Shown: positions 45,416-54,861 of the stretch, piece after piece
How positions within the stretch are numbered: position 1 is the first letter of the stretch
Layout: each line of letters begins with the position of its first letter
Virus record (IMG/VR): IMGVR_UViG_3300036790_000468
Location: 1 to 64,000 of that record
DNA: 64,000 nt
Source: a virus
Strand: one strand, 5' to 3'
Made by a program: the position numbers and the translations under genes
The notes under the pieces: generated by a model
The model's database searches: none
The model's input: the letters and a program-made list of their open reading frames with translations, nothing else
Told to the model about the DNA's origin: nothing

Positions 45416-45693
45416 CGCGCGGCCCCCTCGGCGTGGGCGCGCTCGACCCAGCCGACCACGGCCTGGACTGCCTCGGGCGCCCAGTCGGCCAGGCGCGCGA
45501 GGATGTCGTGGTCGAACGCCGCGAGCTCCACCCCGGCCGCGCTGAGCGCGCTGCCGAGGACTGCGTGGTTGACCTGCTCGGCGACGCCGGCGCGGCGCTC
45601 GGCCTGGCTGGCGCGGTAGACGCCGATCGCGTCGTGGACCGCGGCGGTCTGGGTCGCGTACGGCCCGTGCACGCTGGTTGTCAGGGTGCTCAT
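45412..45693 (-). CDS. Hypothetical protein
   Basis: ATGA coupling; its VVGWVERA resembles IVGWIERA of ORF 3395-3844. Confidence 0.55.
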   Translation of the reverse strand: MSTLTTSVHGPYATQTAAVHDAIGVYRASQAERRAGVAEQVNHAVLGSALSAAGVELAAFDHDILARLADWAPEAVQAVVGWVERAHAEGAAR

Positions 45694-46382
45694 GCGGCGA
45701 TGCCTCCCGCGTGCGGCCAGCCCCGGCGCACGACCTCGCAGTCCTCGGTCTGCCAGGGCGACGGCGTCGCCCGGGCCGCGGCGAGCGCGGACGGGGTCGC
45801 CCGCACCTGCGCGTGCCCGCAGCTCTCGCACGACGCGGAGTCGGGCGCGTCCGGGTAGAGCACATCGAGCCGGGCCGGCGCGAGCTGGCCGCGGCGCCCG
45901 GCCCAGTGCACGGTCCAGCCCTCGGACCCGGGCTCGACCCACTGGTCCAAGGTGCCCTCCGCCTGCGCCAGGGCCCGGGCGAACGGCGCGACCTCGGTCG
46001 AGGGGACGTCCTCGAACACGACGGTGACCGCCGCGCCCGCGCCCTCGGGCAGCTCCATCTCCGCGAGCGCCTCGGCCAGCTGGCGCAGCCGCTCGACCAG
46101 CGGGTTGCTGGTGACCTTCCGGGCGAGCTCCGGGCCGAGCAGCAGGTCGCGCTCGCCCCGTCCGAAGGTCGTCGCCGGGCGGTTGCGCACGTGTACGACG
46201 TCGGCGTCATCGAGGTGGAGCACGAACCAGACGAGCTGGCCCCCGCTGTACGCGGTGGCGGCGTGGCTGCTCGCCGCGGCGATCTCGGCGTCGGTGTCGC
46301 TGAGCTCGAGCTGCGCGACGTCCGTGCGCGGCCCGTCGAGCCCGCTGCGCGTGAACCGCGTCCAGGTGTGTGTGTTCTTCAC
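45690..46382 (-). CDS. Hypothetical protein, paralogue of the upstream gene
   Basis: THTWTRFTR...GRGERDLLLG. Confidence 0.6.
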   Translation of the reverse strand: MKNTHTWTRFTRSGLDGPRTDVAQLELSDTDAEIAAASSHAATAYSGGQLVWFVLHLDDADVVHVRNRPATTFGRGERDLLLGPELARKVTSNPLVERLRQLAEALAEMELPEGAGAAVTVVFEDVPSTEVAPFARALAQAEGTLDQWVEPGSEGWTVHWAGRRGQLAPARLDVLYPDAPDSASCESCGHAQVRATPSALAAARATPSPWQTEDCEVVRRGWPHAGGIAA

Positions 46383-47278
46383 GGCTTGAGCCCCTCCCGG
46401 GCGATGCGGAACGCGTCGAGCAGTGCGGCGAAGTTGTCCTCGTCCAGCCTGACGGCCAGGTCGGTCAGATCCAGCTCGGTGGCGCGGCCGAACGCACACG
46501 CGGCGAGCGCCCGGATGCGCGCGCTCTGGCTGGCGCCGACCGCGAAGGCCTCCAGGGCGCCCCAATCGATGCGCACCGGGTGGATTGCGGCGCGCCACCC
46601 CGGGTCCTTGACCGTCGCGAGGATCCGCAGCGCGGCCGCGCACCAGGGATCGCGCAACATCACCGGCTCGATGCGGGCGGCGACCTCGGACGGCAGGAGG
46701 GCGAGCAGGTCGCGGTCCGAGCCGATGTCCGAGTCCAGGACGAGTGCGGGCCGTGCGGGCGCGCTGGCCTCGGCTGCACGCTGTTCGAGGACAGCGAGGC
46801 AGCCGGAGCACGTCACCTCCCCGGGCGTCGTGGTCGCGTGGGTACCCACGGCCCAGCCGGCCGGGCACACCACAGCGCACGTCTCGTTGCGTGCGTTCCA
46901 CGCTGCGGCCGTTTGCGTCGCCTTGACCAGGGGGTCCCACAGCACCACGCCGGGGGCAGCGAGGTGCACCGGAATGTGCGGCATGAGCCCGAAGCGGCGG
47001 ATCAGCGCGGCGCCGAGCAGGCCATCGCGCTCCTGGCGCCCGGCGTCGCTCACCGGCTGCGCCCGGACGTACTCGACCGTGTTCGGGGAGGCCCCGGGGC
47101 GGCTGGTGATGACGACGAGCTGCGACTGGCCAGCATCGCGGACTGAGAGCCGGTAGCCCTGGATCGGGAGCCGCTCGGCGAGCGTGTCTGCGGCCGCGTC
47201 GGTCAACTGCAGGGTCTTGGCGTCGATCCGCTCGCCCGCCGGTGTCCGGGTGAACCGGATCCAGGTGTGCGTCGTCAT
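46379..47278 (-). CDS. Hypothetical protein
   Basis: THTWIRFTR...GRQERDGLLG. Confidence 0.6.
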   Translation of the reverse strand: MTTHTWIRFTRTPAGERIDAKTLQLTDAAADTLAERLPIQGYRLSVRDAGQSQLVVITSRPGASPNTVEYVRAQPVSDAGRQERDGLLGAALIRRFGLMPHIPVHLAAPGVVLWDPLVKATQTAAAWNARNETCAVVCPAGWAVGTHATTTPGEVTCSGCLAVLEQRAAEASAPARPALVLDSDIGSDRDLLALLPSEVAARIEPVMLRDPWCAAALRILATVKDPGWRAAIHPVRIDWGALEAFAVGASQSARIRALAACAFGRATELDLTDLAVRLDEDNFAALLDAFRIAREGLKP

Positions 47279-47619
47279 CGGGTCTCACCCGCCGTCACGA
47301 GCTCTGGGGTGGCGCGGCGCGCGGCGCCGCAGCGGCACTCCAGGCAGCCGAGCCGTGAGAGGTGGTCGGCGAAGCGGTGCCCGCAGTCGCACACGCAGGC
47401 CTCCAGCCGCTGGTGTGCGATCGCGGAGGAGTGCGCGACGAGCTCGGCCAGCTGCTCCTTCGACGGGGTCGGGGCGCCGGGGGCTATGGCGCTGGCGAGC
47501 TGCGCGAGCAGGGTCTCCTCGAACACCTCGGCCAGCGTGTTCGCCTCCCGCCCGCGCTCGGCACGCAGGTGGAAGCGGGTGTCGGCGACGCGCAGGGCCG
47601 GGAACTCGTGGACGCTCAT
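47275..47619 (-). CDS. Hypothetical protein with C-terminal Cys cluster
   Basis: CVCDCGH...H...CLECRC. Confidence 0.55.
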   Translation of the reverse strand: MSVHEFPALRVADTRFHLRAERGREANTLAEVFEETLLAQLASAIAPGAPTPSKEQLAELVAHSSAIAHQRLEACVCDCGHRFADHLSRLGCLECRCGAARRATPELVTAGETR

Positions 47620-47926
47620 CGCGCACCGCCGTCCCGCGCCTCGGCGCCCTCGTACACGGGCGAGCCGGCAAGCTCGTGCGTCGGAGCCTGGGGGCGCCAC
47701 AGGTCGGACTCGCGCGCCTCCGCGGCTTCGGCGATGCTCCAGGCCCGGGCCTGGAAGAGCGGGCGCACGGCCTGACCGGCGCGCTCGACGGCGCGCATCA
47801 GGGTTCGTGCGCGGGGCGCCGCGTGACGCCCCCTGGTAACCTGACTGAACACTCAAACCTCACATTCGTGAGTCGGCGGCCTCCTGGTGGCTCAGGGGGC
47901 CGCAACCTTTTTCTCCTGGTGGCGGC

Positions 47927-48223
47927 CTATTTCCTACGGCCGTGAGTGCGCGGATGCTTGGGCCGTCCGTAGAGGCCGAGCGCGTGCTGCTTGATCAGGC
48001 TTCGGATGTCCTCGGCGGAGAACCAGAGGGTCCGCGCGATCGGAGTGCGGTCGATGTTGCCGAGGGCGGCCTGGCGCTTGAGCCAGTACACGGTCGGACG
48101 CACATCGTCCGCGATGTCCGGGCCGAACATGATCTGCCGCACTTCCTGCGGGGAGTACAGGCGCATCGGCTGCTCGGCGAGCAGTTCCTCAACGGCATCG
48201 ACGACGGCCGGGCCGGTGCTCAT
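47927..48223 (-). CDS. Excisionase-like HTH protein
   Basis: LYSPQEV...WLKRQA...LWFSAEDI. Confidence 0.65.
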   Translation of the reverse strand: MSTGPAVVDAVEELLAEQPMRLYSPQEVRQIMFGPDIADDVRPTVYWLKRQAALGNIDRTPIARTLWFSAEDIRSLIKQHALGLYGRPKHPRTHGRRK

Positions 48224-48555
48224 GCGGGGACCAGCGCCGTGTCGGCGGCGCAGTTGCAGTCGGCGATCTCGATGCGCTCGCCGTTCTCGTCGAATACGTC
48301 GAGGATCTCCGCGGCCGCGTTCCACGAGCCCTGCGAGGCGACGAGGGCGGTGATCACCTGGAGGTTCACCGGGAGGCGGCCGTTGACCATCTTGTTGAGC
48401 GTCCCGGGGGTCGTGTGCAGGTACCGGGCGATCGCGGAGATGTTGGGACGCCCGTTTGCGCGCTTGCGCAGCAGCCGGGGGTTGCGGGAGGCGACGATCA
48501 CCATGGCGTCGGGCTTGAAACAGGCGCGCGGTCCCGGGAGGTGCTCGTTCGGCAT
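48220..48555 (-). CDS. Cro-like HTH protein
   Basis: NISAIARYLHTTPGTLNKMVNG; promoter TTGCAC-N18-TACTGT at 48601-48630. Confidence 0.7.
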   Translation of the reverse strand: MPNEHLPGPRACFKPDAMVIVASRNPRLLRKRANGRPNISAIARYLHTTPGTLNKMVNGRLPVNLQVITALVASQGSWNAAAEILDVFDENGERIEIADCNCAADTALVPA

Positions 48556-48837
48556 GGAGGCTCCTGGATTCAGCGACAGAAAGAATTGCCGTCGCGAACG
48601 ACAGTAGTCCTGTCCTTCAGGAAAGTGCAAGACCTCAGTGTCGCGAGCGTGTCACGGCGCGCGAAGTGAGAGAGGGGAGTGTGCATCGTTGCACGCCACC
48701 AGCGGCGATGCCGTTCGGACATGCTCGAGGCCTGAGGCCGTTTGCCGACAGGACGTCCGGGGAGGCAACCAGTGCCAGTCATGGTGCGGATAGGATTTGT
48801 TCCTGACAGAACAACCCTCGGCGCTGGAAGGCGACCC

Positions 48838-49332
48838 GTGGCAAGTGACGCACAACCGCAGGAACCGGTGGACTGGGCCACGTGGCTACGCACCGCCCTG
48901 AACACCGCCGGCATGACCGCCGCCGACCTCTCGCGCACCGGCGTCGTCAAGTCCGAGTCGACCATCTCGAAGTGGCTGCGCGGCCCAGGCACCCCCGATG
49001 ACGCCGACACCGTGATCGCGGTCGCGCACGCGGTCGGCCAGCCCAACGCCATTGCCGCCTTGGAGGCCTCCGGGCGGCTCGCCCTGGCCGATGCGATCCG
49101 CAGCCAGATCCGCCAGGCGTACGAGGACGAGGCGCTGGTGAAGATCCGCACAAGCCCCGGCCTCGGAGAGCGTGAGCGCAAGTCGATCGCCGAGAACTAC
49201 CAGCGCCGGCGCGCGGACGCGGTGCGCATGATGGAGTACGAGATCGCCGAGGCGATGGCCAAAACGCGCCGCGGCCAGGACGGGCGCATCTCCCTAGCGA
49301 CCGACGACCTCGAGGACGCTGCCGAGGCGTAG
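48838..49332 (+). CDS. Immunity repressor (XRE HTH)
   Basis: WLRTALNTAGMTAADLSRTGVVKSESTISKWLRG. Confidence 0.8.
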   Translation: MASDAQPQEPVDWATWLRTALNTAGMTAADLSRTGVVKSESTISKWLRGPGTPDDADTVIAVAHAVGQPNAIAALEASGRLALADAIRSQIRQAYEDEALVKIRTSPGLGERERKSIAENYQRRRADAVRMMEYEIAEAMAKTRRGQDGRISLATDDLEDAAEA

Positions 49333-49496
49333 CGGCACTGATGTGCGGAATCATCACTCTTTCCAGTGAAAACGCCACCGTCCGGCACAGGGTCGTCCTA
49401 ATGTAAATAGCCTCAGAGGCCCGGGGCTCGGGCGGCGCAAGCCGCACGCCCGCGAGGCCGAGCGGTACGGAGGATACGGCGGTCAGGAGTCGCGAC

Positions 49497-50180
49497 ATGA
49501 TGTCAGCGGGAGAGTGTTCACCTAAGGTGAAAGCGACCAGCATCCTGGTGCGTGCAAGCCTCACGGTAGCCGTGCTCTCCTGGAGCGCGGCAACGGCACT
49601 GATCTGCCTGGATGCGGTGGGCAACGGGTATCTCGGCGTTTCGGTCGGGATTGTGACCACATGGCTGATGGGCGTCGGCGCCCTGTTCCTGATCCTGCCG
49701 ATGGCCTCTGGCGGCGACCAAAGGATCAATACGCTGATCTCCGAGGGGCTTCCCCTCGGCGACCCCGCACTCGACACCCTCCTCGTCGGAGGCACCCCGC
49801 GCCGTTGGCGCGCGATCCCCTGGGTGGGGACCGCCCTGACCGCCCTCGCCACCACAGCATGGACAGTAAGCCTGATCTACTCGATCCAGCTCGGCCTCGG
49901 CGTCTACCACCTTCCCCCCGACATCAGCCTCGGAGTACTGCGTCTGCTGATGGCCACCGCCGTCTGGCCCACCGTCGGACGCGTCGCCGGCACCGCCGAC
50001 GCCCGCCAGCGCGCCGTCTACGAGGTCGCCTGCGACGCCCACCACGCACTGCGCGGAAACCTCGCAGCCTGCGAACGCGACGTGGCCGCCTCCCTGCGCG
50101 TCCTTGAAGGCGGGGGCGCGCGCAGCCCGTGGCGCTCCCCCCGAAACGGTGGAAACGGTCGCGTGGCTCCCGGAGCATAA
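49497..50180 (+). CDS. Multi-pass membrane protein (possible superinfection exclusion)
   Basis: About 4 TM segments; lies between repressor and integrase. Confidence 0.65.
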   Translation: MMSAGECSPKVKATSILVRASLTVAVLSWSAATALICLDAVGNGYLGVSVGIVTTWLMGVGALFLILPMASGGDQRINTLISEGLPLGDPALDTLLVGGTPRRWRAIPWVGTALTALATTAWTVSLIYSIQLGLGVYHLPPDISLGVLRLLMATAVWPTVGRVAGTADARQRAVYEVACDAHHALRGNLAACERDVAASLRVLEGGGARSPWRSPRNGGNGRVAPGA

Positions 50181-50185
50181 GGAGC

Positions 50186-51562
50186 ATGGGATACGCAGAG
50201 CGCTCCGGGAAGTTCGAGAACGGCAAGCCGAAGTACCGCGCGCGCTGGCAGTTGCCCGAGCGCACCGAGAAGGGGCGCCGCAAGGAGGGGCACGAGGACG
50301 GCTTCACCGACCCGGACTCCGCCCGGCAGTACGCGAACGACCAGGAAGCGCTGATCCGCGCAGGGCTGTACTTCGACCCGAGCGCCGGGAAGATAAGCCT
50401 CGCCGAGTACTTCGACCTGTGGCTCCCGATCCAAAAGGTCAAGCCAGGAACGAAACTCACCTACCGGCAGTACTTCAACCGGGAGATCAAACCCGCGTGG
50501 GGCGGCACACCCCTGGTGGAGATCAAGACCATGCGCCTCATGCAGTGGCTCGGCGCACTCAACGACCCGCAATCCCCGCGCAGACTGTCCAAATCGGCGA
50601 TCAACCTCGTCGAAACCATCCTCAACGGCATGTTCGCGCTCGCCGTCTACGAGGACCGCATCCGCAAGTCCCCGATCCCGCCTCCCTCGGCCGGCGGCCG
50701 AGGGGGCGACGGCTACAAGCCGGTGCGTGAGGGGCAGATCTTCACCCGCGACGAGTTCGCAGCCCTCCTGGCGAACCTCGCCACCTGGCACGACGTCGTG
50801 TTCTGCATCACCATGCTCTTCCTCGGCACCCGCGTCTCGGAGACCGCGGCTGTGTGCCGCAGCAAACTGAAACTGCAGGTGCCCAGGTTCCCCGGCGAAC
50901 TGTTCGAAGGCACGTATCTGCTAGATCCACTGACCGGCCAGCTCGCCAAGGACGAGTACTACGTCCTCGACTTCGCCTCACCGAAGTCAGGCCCCGGGCG
51001 CCTGCTGGACCTGCCACCCTTCCACGTCGCCCTGCTCGCCGACTGGATCGGGCGCATTCCGAAAGATCGCGACCGGCTCTTCGCCGCGCCGATGGGCGGC
51101 ATGCTGCGCGTGAACGAATGGAACGCCCACGTCTTCCGCCCGGCCTGCGACGGACGTGAGGCGTACGCCAGTCCGCACGGGCGCAACTTCCACCCGGCCA
51201 TCGCGCCTGCCTGCCCGGGTAGAGTCACCCACGACTTCAAGCACACCGCAAAATCGATCATGGCCGACGCTCGCGTGAACGAGATCATGCAGAACTACTC
51301 GCTCGGGCACCGCGAGCAGGGATCCTCGGCCCCCTACAAGCACCCCACGCCCAAGATGCGCCAGGAGCGGCTCGACGCCCTCCAGGGGATCTGGGAGGAG
51401 TGGGCCATCGAGCTCACGGAGCTCCCCGCGTGGCACGCCAAGGACGGCCCCGGCACGCGCCGCTCGGAGCTCCCGGCGCCCCGGTTCGCGGACCCCGCCA
51501 CCGTGCTTCAGTCCGTGTCGACTCCGGTTCTACTCCAAGTCGATCAGCCGACGCTTTTCTAG
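50186..51562 (+). CDS. Tyrosine integrase
   Basis: YRARW arm domain, GTRVSE, PKSG, HDFKH, LGH and YKH. Confidence 0.93.
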   Translation: MGYAERSGKFENGKPKYRARWQLPERTEKGRRKEGHEDGFTDPDSARQYANDQEALIRAGLYFDPSAGKISLAEYFDLWLPIQKVKPGTKLTYRQYFNREIKPAWGGTPLVEIKTMRLMQWLGALNDPQSPRRLSKSAINLVETILNGMFALAVYEDRIRKSPIPPPSAGGRGGDGYKPVREGQIFTRDEFAALLANLATWHDVVFCITMLFLGTRVSETAAVCRSKLKLQVPRFPGELFEGTYLLDPLTGQLAKDEYYVLDFASPKSGPGRLLDLPPFHVALLADWIGRIPKDRDRLFAAPMGGMLRVNEWNAHVFRPACDGREAYASPHGRNFHPAIAPACPGRVTHDFKHTAKSIMADARVNEIMQNYSLGHREQGSSAPYKHPTPKMRQERLDALQGIWEEWAIELTELPAWHAKDGPGTRRSELPAPRFADPATVLQSVSTPVLLQVDQPTLF

Positions 51563-51840
51563 CGTCCGGACGATGGCAAAGTGGCACGTTGTACCTATCA
51601 ATGCCATACCGTGGTGTCTCGCTCAAAGTGGAACGACTACTTCACGAGGGCGGCGATGCCCGCGCTGCGGGTGGCCGACTTCAACATGTCCTCGGTGTCT
51701 CAGGCGAGCTGACCCGGTCTCGGCCTGCGGGGGAGGCTGTGCCGCTTCCTGTTCGATCGGTGCGCTCCGGTTCGTTAGCGTGCGTTCGCGTGCGTCCCGG
51801 GGCGTCCGCGCGCCATGATCCACTCCAAAATCACTCCAGA
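51510..51840. other. Putative intact attP of the tyrosine integrase
   Basis: ACTCC arm-type repeats with 11-bp period on both sides (51521/51532 and 51822/51833) flanking a host-gene fragment. Confidence 0.65.
51629..51712 (+). pseudogene. 3' fragment of a host TldE/PmbA-like gene (att replacement sequence)
   Basis: Translates WNDYFTRAAMPALRVADFNMSSVSQAS*, which matches the actinobacterial TldE-type C-terminus as recalled. Confidence 0.75.
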
Positions 51841-52049
51841 TCTTGGCCGAATCACGGGGCTGCGACCTGCGGGAAATCGCGACGCGGACGGACGCCCGCT
51901 CCGGCGCATCCGAGGTCGGTGATCTTCGACGAGGGGGCGGCGAGCGCCGTGCCTCCACCCCTGCTGCGCCCGTTGCCCGATGCGCCACCGATCTCGACCA
52001 CGGCGGCGTATCCTCCCCGTGTACCGGCCGTCACAGGTAGGAGGGGACG

Positions 52050-52505
52050 ATGACCGGAGGGGACGGCATAGTCATCGGCGCCGTGGCCACGTTCGTGGCG
52101 ATGCGCTACGTGATGGGGGTCAGGGCTCATCGCCGCCGCCAAGAGCGTCTGCGCCGGGCCCGAGCCGAAGGGCGCGGGCTCCTCGCGGCCCAGGCCTCCG
52201 CGGCGGCGAGCCGGTCGCCAGCGCTCGCCGTGGACCTGCAGCGCCCGCAGCCTCATCCACCGACCGACGCGGTGCCCCCCGAGTATCTGTTGGCCCAGGC
52301 AGCGAAGCTCGTGGTCCAGACGCAGTACGGGTCGGTGAGGCTGCTCGAGCGCAGGCTGCGCCTGGACCGGTCCGAGGCCGAGTCCTTGATGGGCAAGCTC
52401 GAGTCGCGCGGGATCGTCGGGCCCGGCGAGGGGCGTGCGGCGCGCGACGTGCTGGTGCCGCCGGACGGATGGGAGGAGCTGTGCGGTGCCTTGGAGCAGT
52501 CCTAG
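52050..52505 (+). CDS. TM-anchored stand-alone FtsK gamma (winged-helix) domain protein
   Basis: LLAQAAKLVVQTQYGSVRLLERRLRL...LESRGIVGPGEGRAARDVL. Confidence 0.85.
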   Translation: MTGGDGIVIGAVATFVAMRYVMGVRAHRRRQERLRRARAEGRGLLAAQASAAASRSPALAVDLQRPQPHPPTDAVPPEYLLAQAAKLVVQTQYGSVRLLERRLRLDRSEAESLMGKLESRGIVGPGEGRAARDVLVPPDGWEELCGALEQS

Positions 52506-53065
52506 ACCGCGCCGCACTCCGCAGCCATGCGTGAAATCGCGGCCTCGACCTCGTCCCACGGGTAGATCGGGACCCCCGTGCGCCCGTCCGGGCCCGGGAT
52601 CCGCGTCGAGGGGTGGCCGAAGCCGCCCGTGAACCTCACACCGGCGCCGCGCAGGGTAGCGATGCTCGCTGCGGCGGCCGGGTGCTGGGCGAGGGGGGCG
52701 TTGACCCAGGGCACCGCCGTGATCGGCACGCCGGAGCCGAGCCCTTCGTTGATCAAGCCCATGGCGAGGGTGTCGGAGATCCCGGCCGACCACTTGTTCA
52801 AACTATTGAACGTCAGCGGGCTGACAAGGAATGCGTCGGCGGCTGGAAGCGCCTCGGTCTCCTCCGGGCGCCGGTAGTCCGATCTGACCGGGAATCCCGT
52901 GGCTGCCTCGACCTGCGCCACCTCGCCGATGAACCGCACCGCCATCGGGGTCGGCACGACGCACACCGCGCTGAAGCCGGCCGCCGTGGCCATCGAGACG
53001 GCGCGCGGCGCCTCTCCCGCGGCGCGCGCTCCGCATACCACGACGTACAAGCACCGCTCCGCCAC
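52502..53065 (-). CDS. HFCD-family flavoprotein
   Basis: LYVVVCG, SPLTFNSLNKWSAGISDT and VPWVN. Confidence 0.88.
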   Translation of the reverse strand: MAERCLYVVVCGARAAGEAPRAVSMATAAGFSAVCVVPTPMAVRFIGEVAQVEAATGFPVRSDYRRPEETEALPAADAFLVSPLTFNSLNKWSAGISDTLAMGLINEGLGSGVPITAVPWVNAPLAQHPAAAASIATLRGAGVRFTGGFGHPSTRIPGPDGRTGVPIYPWDEVEAAISRMAAECGAV

Positions 53066-53129
53066 AATTCCTCCGAGAGCCGGGTCCGTTTGGACGCTCG
53101 GCGTGACACTATCCCGGTAGAGACCTCGA

Positions 53130-54350
53130 GTGCGAAAGCTGATGTCGATGCCTGAGATCCTGTTTCAGGAGACGCCCGGCGACCGGGTCAAGATGCTGCG
53201 CAAACGCGCCGGGCTGACGCAGCAGGAGCTCGCGCTGCAGGTGGACCGCACCCAGGGGTGGGTATCCCAGGTCGAGCGCAGCAAATTCGATCTCGATCAG
53301 GTCTCCATCGTCAACTCGCTCGCGCGCGCGCTTCACGCCCACCCCCGCGAGATCCTCGGCGAGCCCGGCGTCGAGGACGGCGGGCACCGCGGACTCGAAT
53401 CGGCCAACGAGCTCCTGCGCCGATTGCGCCGGTTGGATCTGCCCCCGAACACCGACCTGCATCGGCCGCTCCCCGAGGTGGAGAAGGACTCGCACAAGGT
53501 CGCTGCTCTGCGCGGGGCCGCGGAATACACCGCGATGGGGTCACCGACCGTGGCCCTCTTCGAGGACCTGCACGCCGCGTGCGCCGATCCGTCGCCGAAA
53601 ACGCGCGAGCAGGCGTTCAGGCTTCTGACCTTCGCCTGCAAGGAGGCGCACTCCTTCGGGTACGGGCTGAACCATCCGCACCTGGTCGAGGTGGCAACGC
53701 TGCGGGCACGCTGGTGCGCGCAGCAGTCGGACGACCCGCTGCTCTCGGCGCTCGCCGACTACATGGCAGCGCGCGACGCGTGGACGACAGCGGACTGGGA
53801 GGATGCGAACCTGCTCGTCGACCGGGCCTTGTACACGGTGGAGTCATCGGACGCGGGGCGCGCCGCACGCGCGTCGATGGCCGGCGCGCTGCACCTACGC
53901 GCCGCGATCACCGCTGCGCGCACCGGTAACGGCGACGAGGCCTACGCCCGGCTCGACGCCGCGGCCGACGCCGCGCACGAACTCGACAACCAGGCCGACC
54001 CGTACCTCAACTGCTTCTCGACAGGCAACGTGCAGATCCACCGAGTCGCGGTCGCCGTCGAGCTCGGCGACGGCGCCGAGGCGGTGCGCGCATCGAGAGG
54101 CCTGGTCATCCCGAAGGATCTGCCGCGTTCGCGCGCCGCGCACCACTTCCTCGACACCGCGCGCGGCTGGGTGTGGGTAGGGGAGACGGAGCGCGGCCTG
54201 GCAGCGCTCGAGCGCGCGGACCGTCTCGCACCTCAGTTCGTGCGCAATCACCCGATGGCCAGGGCCACCGTGCGTTCGCTGCTGCGGGCAGAGAAGCGCT
54301 CCACTCGTGAGCGGCTGCGGAGCATGGCGACGCGCGTGGGTGTCGCCTGA
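53130..54350 (+). CDS. XRE HTH regulator with a TPR-like C-terminal domain
   Basis: RKRAGLTQQELA..WVSQVER; GALHL, NVQIHRVAVAVELG and APQFVR. Confidence 0.88.
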   Translation: MRKLMSMPEILFQETPGDRVKMLRKRAGLTQQELALQVDRTQGWVSQVERSKFDLDQVSIVNSLARALHAHPREILGEPGVEDGGHRGLESANELLRRLRRLDLPPNTDLHRPLPEVEKDSHKVAALRGAAEYTAMGSPTVALFEDLHAACADPSPKTREQAFRLLTFACKEAHSFGYGLNHPHLVEVATLRARWCAQQSDDPLLSALADYMAARDAWTTADWEDANLLVDRALYTVESSDAGRAARASMAGALHLRAAITAARTGNGDEAYARLDAAADAAHELDNQADPYLNCFSTGNVQIHRVAVAVELGDGAEAVRASRGLVIPKDLPRSRAAHHFLDTARGWVWVGETERGLAALERADRLAPQFVRNHPMARATVRSLLRAEKRSTRERLRSMATRVGVA

Positions 54351-54369
54351 TCAGAGGAATCTGACTCCG

Positions 54370-54386
54370 TATTAGCCCGGCTAATA
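54370..54386. promoter_or_regulatory. Palindrome TATTAGCC-C-GGCTAATA, candidate operator
   Basis: AT-rich 8-bp arms upstream of the HATPase/STAS operon. Confidence 0.5.
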
Positions 54387-54444
54387 TTTCGCGCCTCCTG
54401 CGGTTCTACGGTGCCAACAGCACCTGCCGAAGGAGGCGCGCTCC

Positions 54445-54861
54445 ATGGCACTACCCGCCGAACGCCGCACACTGAAGTCGAGCGACGACGCCGCCGCGCT
54501 TGCGCAGTGGGCCGTCCACGCCGCTCAATCCCTCGACCCCGCGCTGCCGGCCCAGGCCGTGCGCGATGTCGGAGCCGTGGTGCACGCCCTGGTCGAGAAC
54601 GCGCAGCGCCACGGCACGCCGCCGATCACTGTCGAGGTGGCGGTCGCCAGCGTTCTCGTCGTCGAGGTGAGCGACCACGGCCCGGGGGCCCCGGTGATGC
54701 GCCCAGACCGAACCGGGGCCCTCGCCACCGTCGTCGATGTCCTCGCCATCCAGTGGGATGTGCTCGAGTTCGAGGGCGGCAAGACCGTATTCGCCGCCGT
54801 CGCGATCCCGGAACTCTCCTCAGCCCTTCCTGCCGCACGCACACCGCGGAGCCACCCGTGA
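54445..54861 (+). CDS. HATPase_c anti-sigma-like protein (degenerate)
   Basis: ALVENAQRHG, VSDHGPG and GGKTVFA. Confidence 0.75.
   Translation: MALPAERRTLKSSDDAAALAQWAVHAAQSLDPALPAQAVRDVGAVVHALVENAQRHGTPPITVEVAVASVLVVEVSDHGPGAPVMRPDRTGALATVVDVLAIQWDVLEFEGGKTVFAAVAIPELSSALPAARTPRSHP

Noticed and set aside
51563-52049. tRNA gene as integration target
   Set aside because: No cloverleaf or T-loop/CCA pattern is seen; a protein-gene fragment is present instead.
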